DNA from: a virus
Lineage: Duplodnaviria > Caudoviricetes
DNA length: 64,000 nt
Virus record (IMG/VR): IMGVR_UViG_3300048502_000015
Location: 96,425 to 160,424 of that record
Direction: 5' to 3' (one strand)
The notes beneath the pieces are model-generated. The model saw only the letters and a list, made by a program, of their open reading frames with translations. It was not told the origin of the DNA and made no database searches. Both the position numbers and the translations under genes were made by a program. Shown one piece after another: positions 19,933 through 29,727 of the stretch (its first letter is position 1; each line of letters starts with the position of its first letter).

Positions 19933-20271
19933 ATGAGTTACAGCGATAAAGAATTTCTAGAAGCAGTTAGGGACCGCCTCCTTGAAAAGGGCTGGCATTC
20001 TGGTAGGTTAGGGGGTCCTGATGGACCCAACTGCCTCGTCGGAGCAGCGATCTGGACCGATCCTCCAGAAGGGATTAAAGATGGTTGCTCAGAGGACCCG
20101 GGAGTTTACTTTGTGGTTAATGGAGAAGATTTCGTAGCAAAAGATGACAAGAATAGTAAAAGACTAGCTAGGCTTCTTGGTAGGAATTCCGTTTGGGATC
20201 TTATTTGGGCGCAGGATACTTGGGGCCAACATCGGGTAATAGCAACTCTGAATGAGGCCATAAATGCCTGA
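19933..20271 (+). CDS. Hypothetical protein
   Basis: SD AAGGAG; GW..G...CLVGA motif. Confidence 0.6.
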   Translation: MSYSDKEFLEAVRDRLLEKGWHSGRLGGPDGPNCLVGAAIWTDPPEGIKDGCSEDPGVYFVVNGEDFVAKDDKNSKRLARLLGRNSVWDLIWAQDTWGQHRVIATLNEAINA

Positions 20272-21124
20272 TATAGACCTAGTAATCACATGGCCTAAGA
20301 CTCGCCCTCTGTACTCCTATTTGAGAGAATTGTCGAAGGCCCAGGATGCTGGCGAGCTAATCAACTATAGAATTGCGCGGCCTCCTAGTGACGAATGGCG
20401 TTTGCAACTTGCCTATAGAAGTGCTCGTTGCTTTATAGTCCATGACGGGTTCATTCAAGGCTATAACCGGATTAGAGGGATTGAAGAAAAGGGAGAAAAC
20501 GAGGTAACCGATCCGATTACCGGAGCATTCTGGCCTTCTGGTTGGTACATCGTTCGAGAACCAGAATGGCATCCTATTGAGCCGATCCCGATGAAGGGAT
20601 TCCGTGGCTGGCGTTACTTTGATACTCTGGAACCAGAGAAGCCCGTAGAAAGATGGACGGCAGAAGACTACGCCAAATACTACGAGAACCCGGAGAAAAT
20701 TGACTATCCGTGGATTCCAGATCAAGCAGAGATTGCCGATCCGTGGAATCCTTCGGATGAAGAGATTCAGGAGGTTATTGACATTTTCGATAAATCCTTT
20801 CTCGGGATTGAACTAGAATCAGAACGGCTTGTTGACTGGAATCCAATTTTTGAGGAGCCAACTAGGGTCAAAAAGTATAGGAAGAAGCCGGTTGTCATTG
20901 AGGCGCTTCTTTTAGATCACCTTACGCCGCTTGAGGATCTTCTAGATTTTCTCGGAGATACTCCATTCGAATTCGATGATGCTGGAATCGACATCCCTAC
21001 TCTCGAAGGGATCATTCACGCAAGTCCCGGAGACTACATAATTAAGGGAATCCAAAATGAGTTTTATCCCTGTAAGCCGGATATTTTCCATCAGACCTAT
21101 GAGTTGGTAGAAGATGTCAGTTAG
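20264..21124 (+). CDS. Fusion: ASCH/PUA-like N-terminus and PGDYG-like C-terminal domain
   Basis: PIPMKGFRGWRY; KYRKKPVVIEA..IPTLEG..ASPGDYIIKG..EFYPCKPDIF..TYE. Confidence 0.65.
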   Translation: MPDIDLVITWPKTRPLYSYLRELSKAQDAGELINYRIARPPSDEWRLQLAYRSARCFIVHDGFIQGYNRIRGIEEKGENEVTDPITGAFWPSGWYIVREPEWHPIEPIPMKGFRGWRYFDTLEPEKPVERWTAEDYAKYYENPEKIDYPWIPDQAEIADPWNPSDEEIQEVIDIFDKSFLGIELESERLVDWNPIFEEPTRVKKYRKKPVVIEALLLDHLTPLEDLLDFLGDTPFEFDDAGIDIPTLEGIIHASPGDYIIKGIQNEFYPCKPDIFHQTYELVEDVS

Positions 21125-21284
21125 TATGCAAAACAAAAGAGGAGAATGGGTTCCCGCCGTTCCTCTACCGTTTTTCTACTTTCGCAAGAAGTGTTCTTGC
21201 GGCCAGAAATTCTGGACATTAGATGGATATTACGGCCACTATGCCTGGACACACATTCTGCTAGGAGAAGAAGATGTTTCATAG
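21114..21284 (+). CDS. Small C2H2-type zinc-finger protein (56 aa)
   Basis: Hand translation ...CSCGQKF....YYGHYAWTH...; not in ORF track. Confidence 0.55.
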   Translation: MSVSMQNKRGEWVPAVPLPFFYFRKKCSCGQKFWTLDGYYGHYAWTHILLGEEDVS

Positions 21285-21462
21285 ACATAAGTGGACCGTT
21301 CTAAAAGTACAGCACGGAACACGCGCTTGGATTAGAACACGAGATAATTCAAAGACCGGACAATCTGAAGAATGGACACGATCATATTTAAGATGTGAAT
21401 GTTCTAAAACTAAAGTAAAGGATCAACCGGGCCGCTGGACCCTAGAGGAACTTCAAGGATGA
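21274..21462 (+). CDS. Small His/Cys protein
   Basis: HRHKW...RCECSK; SD AGGAG. Confidence 0.55.
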   Translation: MFHRHKWTVLKVQHGTRAWIRTRDNSKTGQSEEWTRSYLRCECSKTKVKDQPGRWTLEELQG

Positions 21463-22523
21463 AACACGGACTTGTCATAGGAAAGTTCTACCCGCCTCAT
21501 GCGGGCCATCATTTTGTGATCGATAAAGCCGTTTCAGAATGTGATTTCGTAACGGTAATCTGTCTCTATTCCGTGACAGAGGGAATCGATCCAAGTTTGC
21601 GTTTCCAGTGGCTCTGTAACCGCCATCCTGATGAATCCAAGGTCTACATTATGACGGCCCAGGACGAATTCCCGGTAGATTATGATAGCCCAGAGGCATG
21701 GGATAATCATGTTGGAATCATGAAGAAATACCTTCAGGAGAGCGTCATCGGAGATCCCGATCCAATTACTGACGTGTATGGATCGGAGGAATACATTCCG
21801 GAATTGGCTCGCCGTTTTGATGCTATTCCTCATGTGGTTGATCTAGAACGGAAGTTCTTTCCTGTCTCGGCTTCTGCTGTCCGAGAAGATCCTGGAGCCA
21901 ACTGGCAGTTTCTAGAGCCAGATGTACGCGCTTGGATTGCTAAGCAACGAAAGGTCGTCTGCATCGGGGCCGAATCTTCCGGGACAACTACTCTTGCTAA
22001 GGATCTTGCCAAAGATTTTGGGACAGCTTTCGTTCCCGAATATGGCCGAATCTATTCGGAGGGCCTTGGACAGGATCATGTATGGACAAACGAAGAGTTC
22101 TTCCATATCTTCGAAATGCAGAAGAAAATGGAGGATCAGATTGCTCGACAGGTTTCTTCGCCGCTTCTTATTTGCGATACCGATTGGTTCGCAACTCAAA
22201 TTTGGCAGCAATATCTTGTCAATCCTACTAGCGACGAGTTCTGGGATAAAGGACTGCCACAATCTCCTTCAGGTGATTTTCCGGAGCTTTATATCCTGAC
22301 GGATCTTTGTCCTTGGGAAGATGACGGAACCCGCGTTGGGGAAAGTTTCCGAGAAAGGATGCAATACGATTTTCGATTCTGGCTAGAACACGAAGAGAAC
22401 CCGATTCCCCATATCTTTGTAACCGGGGATAGATATGATCGTCTATATAAAGCCAATGCTGCCATAGTCGAACAAGTACTCCTCAAGCCTTTTGATTGGC
22501 CGCTTCCCTTGGAGGAGAAATGA
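21459..22523 (+). CDS. nadR: NadR-like NMN adenylyltransferase / nicotinamide riboside kinase
   Basis: GKFYPPHAGH, VSASAVR, GAESSGTTTLA, VPEYGR, ICDTD, PWEDDGTR. Confidence 0.9.
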   Translation: MKHGLVIGKFYPPHAGHHFVIDKAVSECDFVTVICLYSVTEGIDPSLRFQWLCNRHPDESKVYIMTAQDEFPVDYDSPEAWDNHVGIMKKYLQESVIGDPDPITDVYGSEEYIPELARRFDAIPHVVDLERKFFPVSASAVREDPGANWQFLEPDVRAWIAKQRKVVCIGAESSGTTTLAKDLAKDFGTAFVPEYGRIYSEGLGQDHVWTNEEFFHIFEMQKKMEDQIARQVSSPLLICDTDWFATQIWQQYLVNPTSDEFWDKGLPQSPSGDFPELYILTDLCPWEDDGTRVGESFRERMQYDFRFWLEHEENPIPHIFVTGDRYDRLYKANAAIVEQVLLKPFDWPLPLEEK

Positions 22524-22720
22524 ATCTAGTCTACTTTGGGGACGGCCCTCTATATCGAAAGACTCAAACCTATCCTGATCCTGCACCGAGACTAATTGTG
22601 ACTATGCGTAGAAAGGACCTTCCGATTATGATCAACTACGATGGCCACTACGATCCCTTTTATGATTACGAAGAAATCTTTTACGAGCGCGTAGGATATC
22701 TATACAAGGTCAAGAAATGA
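22520..22720 (+). CDS. Hypothetical protein
   Basis: SD GGAGGAG; F.DGPL motif. Confidence 0.55.
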   Translation: MNLVYFGDGPLYRKTQTYPDPAPRLIVTMRRKDLPIMINYDGHYDPFYDYEEIFYERVGYLYKVKK

Positions 22721-23121
22721 GTAAGCCGTATATCCACGCGAAGTCCTCGGCCAAAAAATGGGGAGGAGTCCCAGAAGACTATCTTGAGATTCACGATCTG
22801 ATGGATAGTTCTAAAGCCGTCTTCCCCGATAATCGGCATCGAGCTTTGACTCATAACAACTGGTTTATCTTCATTGTCGAAAAGATCTACGGCCACAATA
22901 TCACTAATTCATCTGATAGACTGGTAAGTGTTAGGGATATTGTGGAGCAGCATATCCTTGAAGATTTTGGAGGAAAGTTCATTCCGACTCCGCAAGATTA
23001 CTTAGAAAACATGGAGTTCGTCCCGTGGATGAATAATGCCATTGAAGGCGCTCCCCCAAGTCACAGAAAACTACAGGCAAAATCACAAACAATAAGAAGG
23101 GTGGCGTTTACACTTGACTAG
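22717..23121 (+). CDS. Conserved phage protein (DUF6915-like)
   Basis: HAKSSAKKWGG..EDY..IH..MDSSK..D.RHRA..H, EQHILED. Confidence 0.7.
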   Translation: MSKPYIHAKSSAKKWGGVPEDYLEIHDLMDSSKAVFPDNRHRALTHNNWFIFIVEKIYGHNITNSSDRLVSVRDIVEQHILEDFGGKFIPTPQDYLENMEFVPWMNNAIEGAPPSHRKLQAKSQTIRRVAFTLD

Positions 23122-23560
23122 CTCAGACAAAATAGAAGCATTGAAGACTCGCATCGCAGGATTGCAGGAACAGCTTCGAACAGAATCAAAAAGCGCTTTT
23201 ACGGAAGGCTCAAAGGATTTCTTCGAGCGGTATCCGAATCTAGACTCGTTCGGATGGACCCAATATACTCCGTACTTTAATGACGGAGAGCCTTGTGAGT
23301 TCCAGGTCCGTGCTGATAACGATTGGGACTTGCGCATCAACGGGGAACGTCCTGGGGAAAGCGATCAATGGGAGTATATCCCCGGCACATACGAGAAAAC
23401 CCATATTGCCCATCCTGAGCTACACGATGTGGCAGATGAATTGAGCGAATTCATTTACGCAATTCCAGAAGAGGCCATGAAGTCAATGTTTGATGACCAC
23501 GTAACGGTTACGGTTCATCGTTCAGGAGAAGTCGAAACAGAATACTATGAGCACGAGTAA
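23114..23560 (+). CDS. Hypothetical conserved phage protein
   Basis: WTQYTPYFNDGEPCEF motif. Confidence 0.65.
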   Translation: MTSSDKIEALKTRIAGLQEQLRTESKSAFTEGSKDFFERYPNLDSFGWTQYTPYFNDGEPCEFQVRADNDWDLRINGERPGESDQWEYIPGTYEKTHIAHPELHDVADELSEFIYAIPEEAMKSMFDDHVTVTVHRSGEVETEYYEHE

Positions 23561-23681
23561 TCCCGACAATCCCGATGATTGGCCATCTTGGGAAGAACTA
23601 GATCTTCATGTCGATCGCGTTCAGCAAATTCCTTGGGCTAATCAAGAACAACGGGATGGGACTGTACTCGCATAGACGGCC

Positions 23682-23710
23682 TTGACAGAAGGATAAATCG
23701 GTTCTATAAT
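23682..23710 (+). promoter_or_regulatory. Consensus sigma70/SigA promoter TTGACA-17-TATAAT, leaderless
   Basis: TTGACA 23682-23687, TATAAT 23705-23710, ATG at 23718. Confidence 0.85.
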
Positions 23711-23717
23711 AGTTGGG

Positions 23718-24956
23718 ATGCATTTTTGCGCATATCATAACGAGGATCATCCGGTTGACCGTTTTCTGATAAAGAAAAACGGAAAGCTGGATTCCTGGTG
23801 CCACGAAGGACGGAAAGAATACAATCGGGAATATTCTAAGAAGTCCTATGCCCCGATTAAAGAAGAAGTGGCCGAAAAAATTGGGGCCAGAGAAAATCGG
23901 ACAGAACAGGTTTGCACAATTTGCTCTGTCAATAAATCAATTGAAGATTTCCGATTCCGATATGACCGCCCTGATAAACGGGAGTCAAGGTGCATTCCCT
24001 GTCTTAAGATCATTAGGCGTAGCGAACAACAAATTGACTCTCTAAAGCACGCCGATAAAAGAGGAATTACAAGACGTAAATGGCAAGCTGCTCATCCGAG
24101 ATACAACGAACAATCTAGTCGTACTCGTCGGGCACGAATGAAGGTCGTAAGGCGAGAAAGATACACTAGAAAACAGGTTAGAGAACGGGATAACGGTTTA
24201 TGCTGGTTCTGTAATCTCCCGGTTGATCCTAGTCTGAAGTGGCCAGATCCTCTTTCAGAAGTCGTTCATCACCATCATCCGATTTCTAAGAAGGGACCAG
24301 ACTGTTTAGAAAATGTAGCGTTGGCTCATAATGAGTGTAACGGACATCATCATGCCAAATATGAATCTCCATTCCTGAATTGGTCGGTAATCTCTATCGA
24401 CAATGCGTTAGCGAGAAAGACGGCTGTAGAGAATCACTATCTCCATCGAGCGCCAAACGTTTCATTCGGATTTGGTCTTTACTCTCCCGAGAACAAACTC
24501 CAGGGGATCGTGACATTTGGATCACCGTCGTCAAATCGCATAACTAAATCGGTGTGTCCGAATAACGATTGTAAAGTCATTGAACTTAATCGTCTTTGGA
24601 TAGACGACACTACTCCATTTGGAGCCGCCTCTTGGCTTGTGTCTCGCGCCCTAAAAGAGTTGCCGCCGATGATCATCGTATCCTATGCCGACACAGATAT
24701 CGTTGATTCTAGAAACGAGAGAAATCACGATGGATCAATCTATCGTGCTCTTTCGTTTGACTACGCTGGGCAATCTAAGGCCAAAACTGAATATCGAATG
24801 CCCGGAGGGACAAGAAACGTTGGGAAAATTACTCCTGGATCAGTCAAAAGCAAAATTTCATCTAAGAAACGTTTTTGGACTGTTACGGGAAATAAACGAG
24901 AAAAGCGTATCCTGAGGGATATCTGCAACTGGAATTCTCTTCCATATGAGCAATAA
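23718..24956 (+). CDS. HNH endonuclease fused to Mom-like DNA-modifying acetyltransferase
   Basis: RDNGLCWFC...HHHHPISKKG..ENVALAH.ECN (HNH); HYLHR, TFGSP, ELNRLW, IVSYAD, H.G.IYRA..F.Y.G (Mom/GNAT). Confidence 0.8.
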   Translation: MHFCAYHNEDHPVDRFLIKKNGKLDSWCHEGRKEYNREYSKKSYAPIKEEVAEKIGARENRTEQVCTICSVNKSIEDFRFRYDRPDKRESRCIPCLKIIRRSEQQIDSLKHADKRGITRRKWQAAHPRYNEQSSRTRRARMKVVRRERYTRKQVRERDNGLCWFCNLPVDPSLKWPDPLSEVVHHHHPISKKGPDCLENVALAHNECNGHHHAKYESPFLNWSVISIDNALARKTAVENHYLHRAPNVSFGFGLYSPENKLQGIVTFGSPSSNRITKSVCPNNDCKVIELNRLWIDDTTPFGAASWLVSRALKELPPMIIVSYADTDIVDSRNERNHDGSIYRALSFDYAGQSKAKTEYRMPGGTRNVGKITPGSVKSKISSKKRFWTVTGNKREKRILRDICNWNSLPYEQ

Positions 24957-24982
24957 AAAGGCCCGCTTTTGGCGGGCCTTTT
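24956..24982. terminator. Bidirectional intrinsic terminator
   Basis: AAAAGGCCCGC-TTTTG-GCGGGCCTTTT between convergent genes. Confidence 0.85.
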
Positions 24983-25004
24983 AGGTTTACTATCGAATCG
25001 AGTT

Positions 25005-26096
25005 CTAAAGAACCCAAGTTCCAGGTGATCCGTTTCCAAGACCGGAGATATCCAATTTTGAAGGAGCGGCTGTTGAGTCTGCTTTCAAAATTCTAGAGAT
25101 TCCTCTAGGATTTAGAATTAACATTCCTACGAGCTCGTCCAGGACCCAACCCTTGTAAAACTGCTCTACCTGATGATTCTCTTCAACATCAAGAGAGTAC
25201 ATGACAGGGAAGACGCCGATGAATTCAGGTTCAGCCGTTAGGAAGATTTCTCCTTGAGGCACGATGATTGATCGCTGGATCTGGAATTCACCGAAGGAAG
25301 TGATTCTTCCGCCTGCGAAAACTTCGTCCTTGAATCGGAATCCAGTTACGTTAAGGTCCCATGTGTAAAGGTCGCGGATATCTGCCGGATGAGCAAGAAC
25401 TCTACGAGCCTCTAGCTGGTTGATTTCAATCTGCGTTACCGCGTTGTAGAAATCAGCCGGTTCTAGTGGGTTACCTGCACCAAGGAGCACAGTATGCTCG
25501 TTTGGAGCCGATGCTGGACCAGAAGCGATTCCTGTTGCAAGTCCACCCGTTGGGGCAAGACCGACAACTCCGTTGGAGATCGCTGTTCCAAGACCTGTTA
25601 CCGCCTGCTCAAGAAGAAGGATCAAACGAGCATCCTCCTGCTTCTGAATAGCCTGACGGGTTTCGTCCTGGGCATATTCAACCGCGTTAACTCTCAAGAA
25701 GTAAAGGTCTTCCTTTCGGATTCTTGGGAATGAGGCAATTCTGAACAACTGAGGGAAAGCTTGCTTTCCTTCGAACGGAGTAATCTTTACTTCCGCATCG
25801 GTTGAGTTAAGAACATAAGCCGTTCCAAGGTCGTCCAAGATGTCGTAAGGCATAAGTGGTCCGCGTTCCAATGTATCTTCTACAAGAACGTTTCGCACGA
25901 TTCCTTCATAACGAAGACGAATCTGAATAGGACCGATCATTCCTTGACCAATTCTCTGAAGGGCATTACCCTTGTCTGCAAGAATAGCTTCTAGACGGCC
26001 TACCTTTTGCTTTCGAGAAAGCTTAGGAAGATCCTTTAGCTTATTTTCATAGTCGGCTGACGCTACAGCCTGACGTGAGTATAATTCATAAGACAT
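25005..26096 (-). CDS. Major capsid protein (HK97 fold)
   Basis: Downstream of protease and decoration genes; LRYEGIVRNVL, FRIASFPRI, AIQKQED, GWVLDELVGMLILNPRG resemble large actinophage myovirus MCPs. Confidence 0.88.
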   Translation of the reverse strand: MSYELYSRQAVASADYENKLKDLPKLSRKQKVGRLEAILADKGNALQRIGQGMIGPIQIRLRYEGIVRNVLVEDTLERGPLMPYDILDDLGTAYVLNSTDAEVKITPFEGKQAFPQLFRIASFPRIRKEDLYFLRVNAVEYAQDETRQAIQKQEDARLILLLEQAVTGLGTAISNGVVGLAPTGGLATGIASGPASAPNEHTVLLGAGNPLEPADFYNAVTQIEINQLEARRVLAHPADIRDLYTWDLNVTGFRFKDEVFAGGRITSFGEFQIQRSIIVPQGEIFLTAEPEFIGVFPVMYSLDVEENHQVEQFYKGWVLDELVGMLILNPRGISRILKADSTAAPSKLDISGLGNGSPGTWVL

Positions 26097-26109
26097 TAGA
26101 AGTTATTCC

Positions 26110-26694
26110 TTATATCGTTAGGTTGATGGTTAGCTGGGCTGAACTTGGTCGGCTAACAATCCAACCTACGGAGATTGCTCCACCGCCTGGGTTAGTAATA
26201 CCAAGTCGTCCATCTGTTTGTGCGTATAGATATACGTTTGTTCCTGGACCTGCTGCTGCGATTGCTGCGGCAACTCCTGTATCGTTCCAAGCTGGGGCAA
26301 GAAGCTGGATTAGAGAATCCGGGCCTCTCCAAGCCTGTACTTCATTGATCTGGGTTAGCTGGCCGAATGTGCCACCTAGCCATGAACCAAGAAGTCCGAA
26401 AGGCTGCTGTGCTGCTGCTGCTCCTGTTGCTACAACAACGTTTTCGTTGGTGCTCTTAATGAGAACCGTTCCGGGGACGATAGATCCCTGAAGTGTGAAT
26501 ACGTTTGCTGAACGAGCAATCGGAGTAGTATCAGTAGACTGCGGAATACGGAAGTTTCCACTTGAGTCTCTGAAAGATGTCTGGTCAAGGTAGCACGCAT
26601 AAGGAGTAGCCTGTGTTTGACCATAGAGTACTCTTAATAGGCGCTTTTGAGCCGTGATGTTGATGTTTGAAGCATCACCGTAAATTGTCTGCAT
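26110..26694 (-). CDS. Capsid decoration/minor capsid protein
   Basis: Between protease and MCP; IVPGTVL, PFGL, DGRL motifs. Confidence 0.65.
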   Translation of the reverse strand: MQTIYGDASNINITAQKRLLRVLYGQTQATPYACYLDQTSFRDSSGNFRIPQSTDTTPIARSANVFTLQGSIVPGTVLIKSTNENVVVATGAAAAQQPFGLLGSWLGGTFGQLTQINEVQAWRGPDSLIQLLAPAWNDTGVAAAIAAAGPGTNVYLYAQTDGRLGITNPGGGAISVGWIVSRPSSAQLTINLTI

Positions 26695-26788
26695 TAGTTT
26701 CCTATTGTTCCTTTTAGATTTATAGGTAAGCGCCTTGCGCTAGTCCATCACACATTTCATAGACGGACCTAGTACAAATTAAAGTACT

Positions 26789-29395
26789 CTACCTTGTAAA
26801 CAGCGCCGAATCGATCACTGAGTTGTCAACTGGCTGGTTTTCCTGGCTATCGACTCCAGCCGTAATATGGTCAAATCCACGAGATGCTGCTGTAGACTTA
26901 CCAAATAACGACGGTAGACGGGAAACTCCTCCTGCGCTAGCAGTACGAGATGCCTGTTGTCTTAGGCTTGCGGTTTTAACCTTGGCCAAAGTATTTGTTT
27001 GGGCTTCTAGAGCCTCTGGGCTTTCGCCTTCCAATTCTGCAATACGATCATACTTCTGATCCTTAGGGATAAGTCCCATTTCAACTTCGGTATCAGCAAG
27101 CTTAATTGCATTGATGAAGTGTGCAGTAACTCCGTCACTCTTGGTAACTTCCTTGGTGACCGGATCTTGCTGCTTGTAAATCTTGTTTCCATCGGTTCCC
27201 GACCATGTGGTTGTCGGACCAGAATTGTTTGATGGGCTATTGACGGCCTGAAGAACGTCTACACGATCTCCTGCCTTTCCGATTGGATCAGATGGCTGAG
27301 TACCCTGGTTGGCGCTTCCTGGCTTAATGTCCTGAAGATCTCCAACGCCGTCCTCATAAGCAACCTTGGACTTAACACCCTCGTTTGATGCAGGGAATGG
27401 CTCTGAGGTTACTGGGCTAGTAACTCCCTTTTGAGTTCCATCAGAATCTCCGAAAGTAGAGGTAGGTCCGCTATCTTCCTGATTCTTGGTTGTATCAAAT
27501 CCTGCGTTATCGGTCTTGGTAGAAGGAATTTCTTCCGTCTTGTCTGCCTCAACGTCTGAGACTCCAGTTGTTCCGATTCCGGTTACATCGATCTGTGCAT
27601 CGGCCTTTGAAGCCGCTGCGTTATCTGCTTGGTCTACTCCACCGACGCCTATGACATCAACTCGCGTAGTTGGCGAAGCGTCGTCTGGTGACGGTCCCTG
27701 AGCGTTTCGTTGACTCATATTTTCTCCTTGTGCCTTGGCAATTAAGTGTCGGGCGGTAAGCATTGCTGCTGTGACCGGAGTGGATTGATCACTCGTCACA
27801 GTCTCTTTAGATGGTTCGTTTGAAACAGGCTTGGACACAACCTGTACAGGAATTTCGCGCTGATTAATTCTTCCCGCTACCTTTTGATGCACATATGGTG
27901 TCCAATTCATTTCACCTTTTACATTAGCGGTAGGCTGTCCTTTTGTAGCCTGCTCGTTCTGGATCATGCTTCCCGGCTTCTTTGGTTGACTATCAGGATC
28001 GGCCTGTTCTCCCGGAGGCGGACCATTTTCATCACTAGGAATGGTTACCTCATCTCCGGCTTCCATTTCCTCATCAATTTTCTTTGCCTTGTCTAGATCC
28101 GGGTTGTCAAATCCCTTAGGAGGCTTAACATATCCACAAACATCGCAGGTTTCTCCCTGAACATCTGAGCCACAAATCGGGCAGATACTTTCTTGTCGCA
28201 AAGTATCTACTTCTTGAGGAGCGGTTGTCTCCATAGATTGAGGAAGTGGGTTTTCAGCTTGCTTTCTAGCAGCCGTTTTAGTCTTCATTTCGTCTTCAAA
28301 AGTTCCTTGATGTACGGGACCTAATAATCCTAGCTGTATAGATTTATCTAGACGAGGAATAACTTCGTGTTCATCAATGTTATTTGGAATTGTCGCTCCG
28401 TCATCTCCACGATTAGGGACTGTAAGAAAACCCTGTCCTTGACAGGTTGGGCATGATGGTCCAAGTGGATTTTCATGACCGTTACATGTAGGGCAAGCTA
28501 TAGAATTCGAAATTTCGTTATTAGAAATATCCCTTTCTGGAATTTGATAATCGTATTCACCATGAGGAAAATGAACGTTTTCGTCCCCTTCCTTCTGAAT
28601 AGAAGAAATGATTTCCTTAGTCAAAGCCGTTTCATCGGCAGGCTCGAATACTCCTGATAGCTCAAAGAACTGGCATCCGAAACAATTTTCGTAGCTCTTC
28701 TTTGATGTACGATGGCCGTCTGCCGTCTTAAGGTCATGAGTAGCCCCCTTAGACTGGACATGGAAACAATATTCCTCTGGCGAAGAAGCGATATTTCCAC
28801 AATGAGAACATTTGGATCGTTCTACATTTGCTCCCATTGAGAATCCGTCGATTTCTCCATCCTTAACCGCCTTGGCAAACTTAGGAAATGACTTGGCATC
28901 GATTTCTAGAAGAAGCTCGATATGAGTCGGCGGAAGATGTTCGGGGTCAACATCAGATGATGAATAGTACGGATCAAGGGAGGCCGTTTTGGAATCAACT
29001 GGCTCAACGATAAGCTTGGCGTCAACAATGACTCCACGAGCACGCTTAGGATCAGAGTTATGATGGTCTACAAAGATCGGCTTGCCGATAAATGTAGCGA
29101 AACCATACTTCTTGTCTCCGTCCTTAGCCTCAACTGTAAATCCGGTTGAAGACTGCTTCTGGTGTCGTTCGAAGATCTCCTTGGAACCGGCAAGTTCAAT
29201 CGATGGCCATCCGTCATGGTTCTTGTTAACCCTAGAGCTAATGGCTCTTACGCGGGCATAGAGATACTTCTGCCCCGTTCGATAGTTCTTGTATTCCCCG
29301 ACCTTATCGAGCGAAGCCGTCTTAAGTCGGGTAGAACTTCCCTTTATTTCAAGGACACTAGATGATTCGATTGATCCGTGCTTTGTTAATGCCAT
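26789..29395 (-). CDS. Prohead (capsid maturation) protease with scaffold region
   Basis: RAISSRVNKNHDG, TFIGKPIFVDH.N, GFSMG, CSHCG..C.H, FFELS.V..PAD..A; long low-complexity C-terminus. Confidence 0.8.
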   Translation of the reverse strand: MALTKHGSIESSSVLEIKGSSTRLKTASLDKVGEYKNYRTGQKYLYARVRAISSRVNKNHDGWPSIELAGSKEIFERHQKQSSTGFTVEAKDGDKKYGFATFIGKPIFVDHHNSDPKRARGVIVDAKLIVEPVDSKTASLDPYYSSSDVDPEHLPPTHIELLLEIDAKSFPKFAKAVKDGEIDGFSMGANVERSKCSHCGNIASSPEEYCFHVQSKGATHDLKTADGHRTSKKSYENCFGCQFFELSGVFEPADETALTKEIISSIQKEGDENVHFPHGEYDYQIPERDISNNEISNSIACPTCNGHENPLGPSCPTCQGQGFLTVPNRGDDGATIPNNIDEHEVIPRLDKSIQLGLLGPVHQGTFEDEMKTKTAARKQAENPLPQSMETTAPQEVDTLRQESICPICGSDVQGETCDVCGYVKPPKGFDNPDLDKAKKIDEEMEAGDEVTIPSDENGPPPGEQADPDSQPKKPGSMIQNEQATKGQPTANVKGEMNWTPYVHQKVAGRINQREIPVQVVSKPVSNEPSKETVTSDQSTPVTAAMLTARHLIAKAQGENMSQRNAQGPSPDDASPTTRVDVIGVGGVDQADNAAASKADAQIDVTGIGTTGVSDVEADKTEEIPSTKTDNAGFDTTKNQEDSGPTSTFGDSDGTQKGVTSPVTSEPFPASNEGVKSKVAYEDGVGDLQDIKPGSANQGTQPSDPIGKAGDRVDVLQAVNSPSNNSGPTTTWSGTDGNKIYKQQDPVTKEVTKSDGVTAHFINAIKLADTEVEMGLIPKDQKYDRIAELEGESPEALEAQTNTLAKVKTASLRQQASRTASAGGVSRLPSLFGKSTAASRGFDHITAGVDSQENQPVDNSVIDSALFTR

Positions 29396-29427
29396 CGTTC
29401 ATTACACAACCGAATGTGCTATACTTA

Positions 29428-29727
29428 CTACTCTTCGTCGCCAAAGACTAAATCAATGATCAATTTCTCGGCATCATAAGAGAGAGATTTAAGAGTGGCA
29501 ATAGCCCCGCGTTCCTGCTTTTCTGGCAAGCCAACGGCTTCAATAAACCCAGCCAAACGGCCACGCATACGATTCATTTCTTTGCGGATCTTTTCTTCAA
29601 CTATCTTATCTTCTTCGTACATGTCTGATTCCTCGCTGGAGCGAGCATCTTTTCTTACGCTATTGGCCATGTGCGGTCTAGTAGATCGAAAGGGATGCGG
29701 TAATTCGAGCTTCGTTATCTTCTCCAC
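29428..29727 (-). CDS. Hypothetical protein (start probably further downstream)
   Basis: Helical C-terminal part; overlaps upstream gene. Confidence 0.5.
   Translation of the reverse strand: MEKITKLELPHPFRSTRPHMANSVRKDARSSEESDMYEEDKIVEEKIRKEMNRMRGRLAGFIEAVGLPEKQERGAIATLKSLSYDAEKLIIDLVFGDEE

Noticed and set aside
21110-21284. Two consecutive genes both ending EDVS*
   Set aside because: Explained by GAAGATG start/stop overlap constraints; too short to call a repeat.
21459-22523. NadR kinase inactive because P-loop reads GAESSGTTT
   Set aside because: As I recall, this Lys-to-Thr variant is common in actinobacterial NadR-like proteins, so it is not evidence of decay.
25005-26096. Encapsulin rather than capsid
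   Set aside because: Context of protease, decoration, neck, sheath and tube genes shows a phage head.
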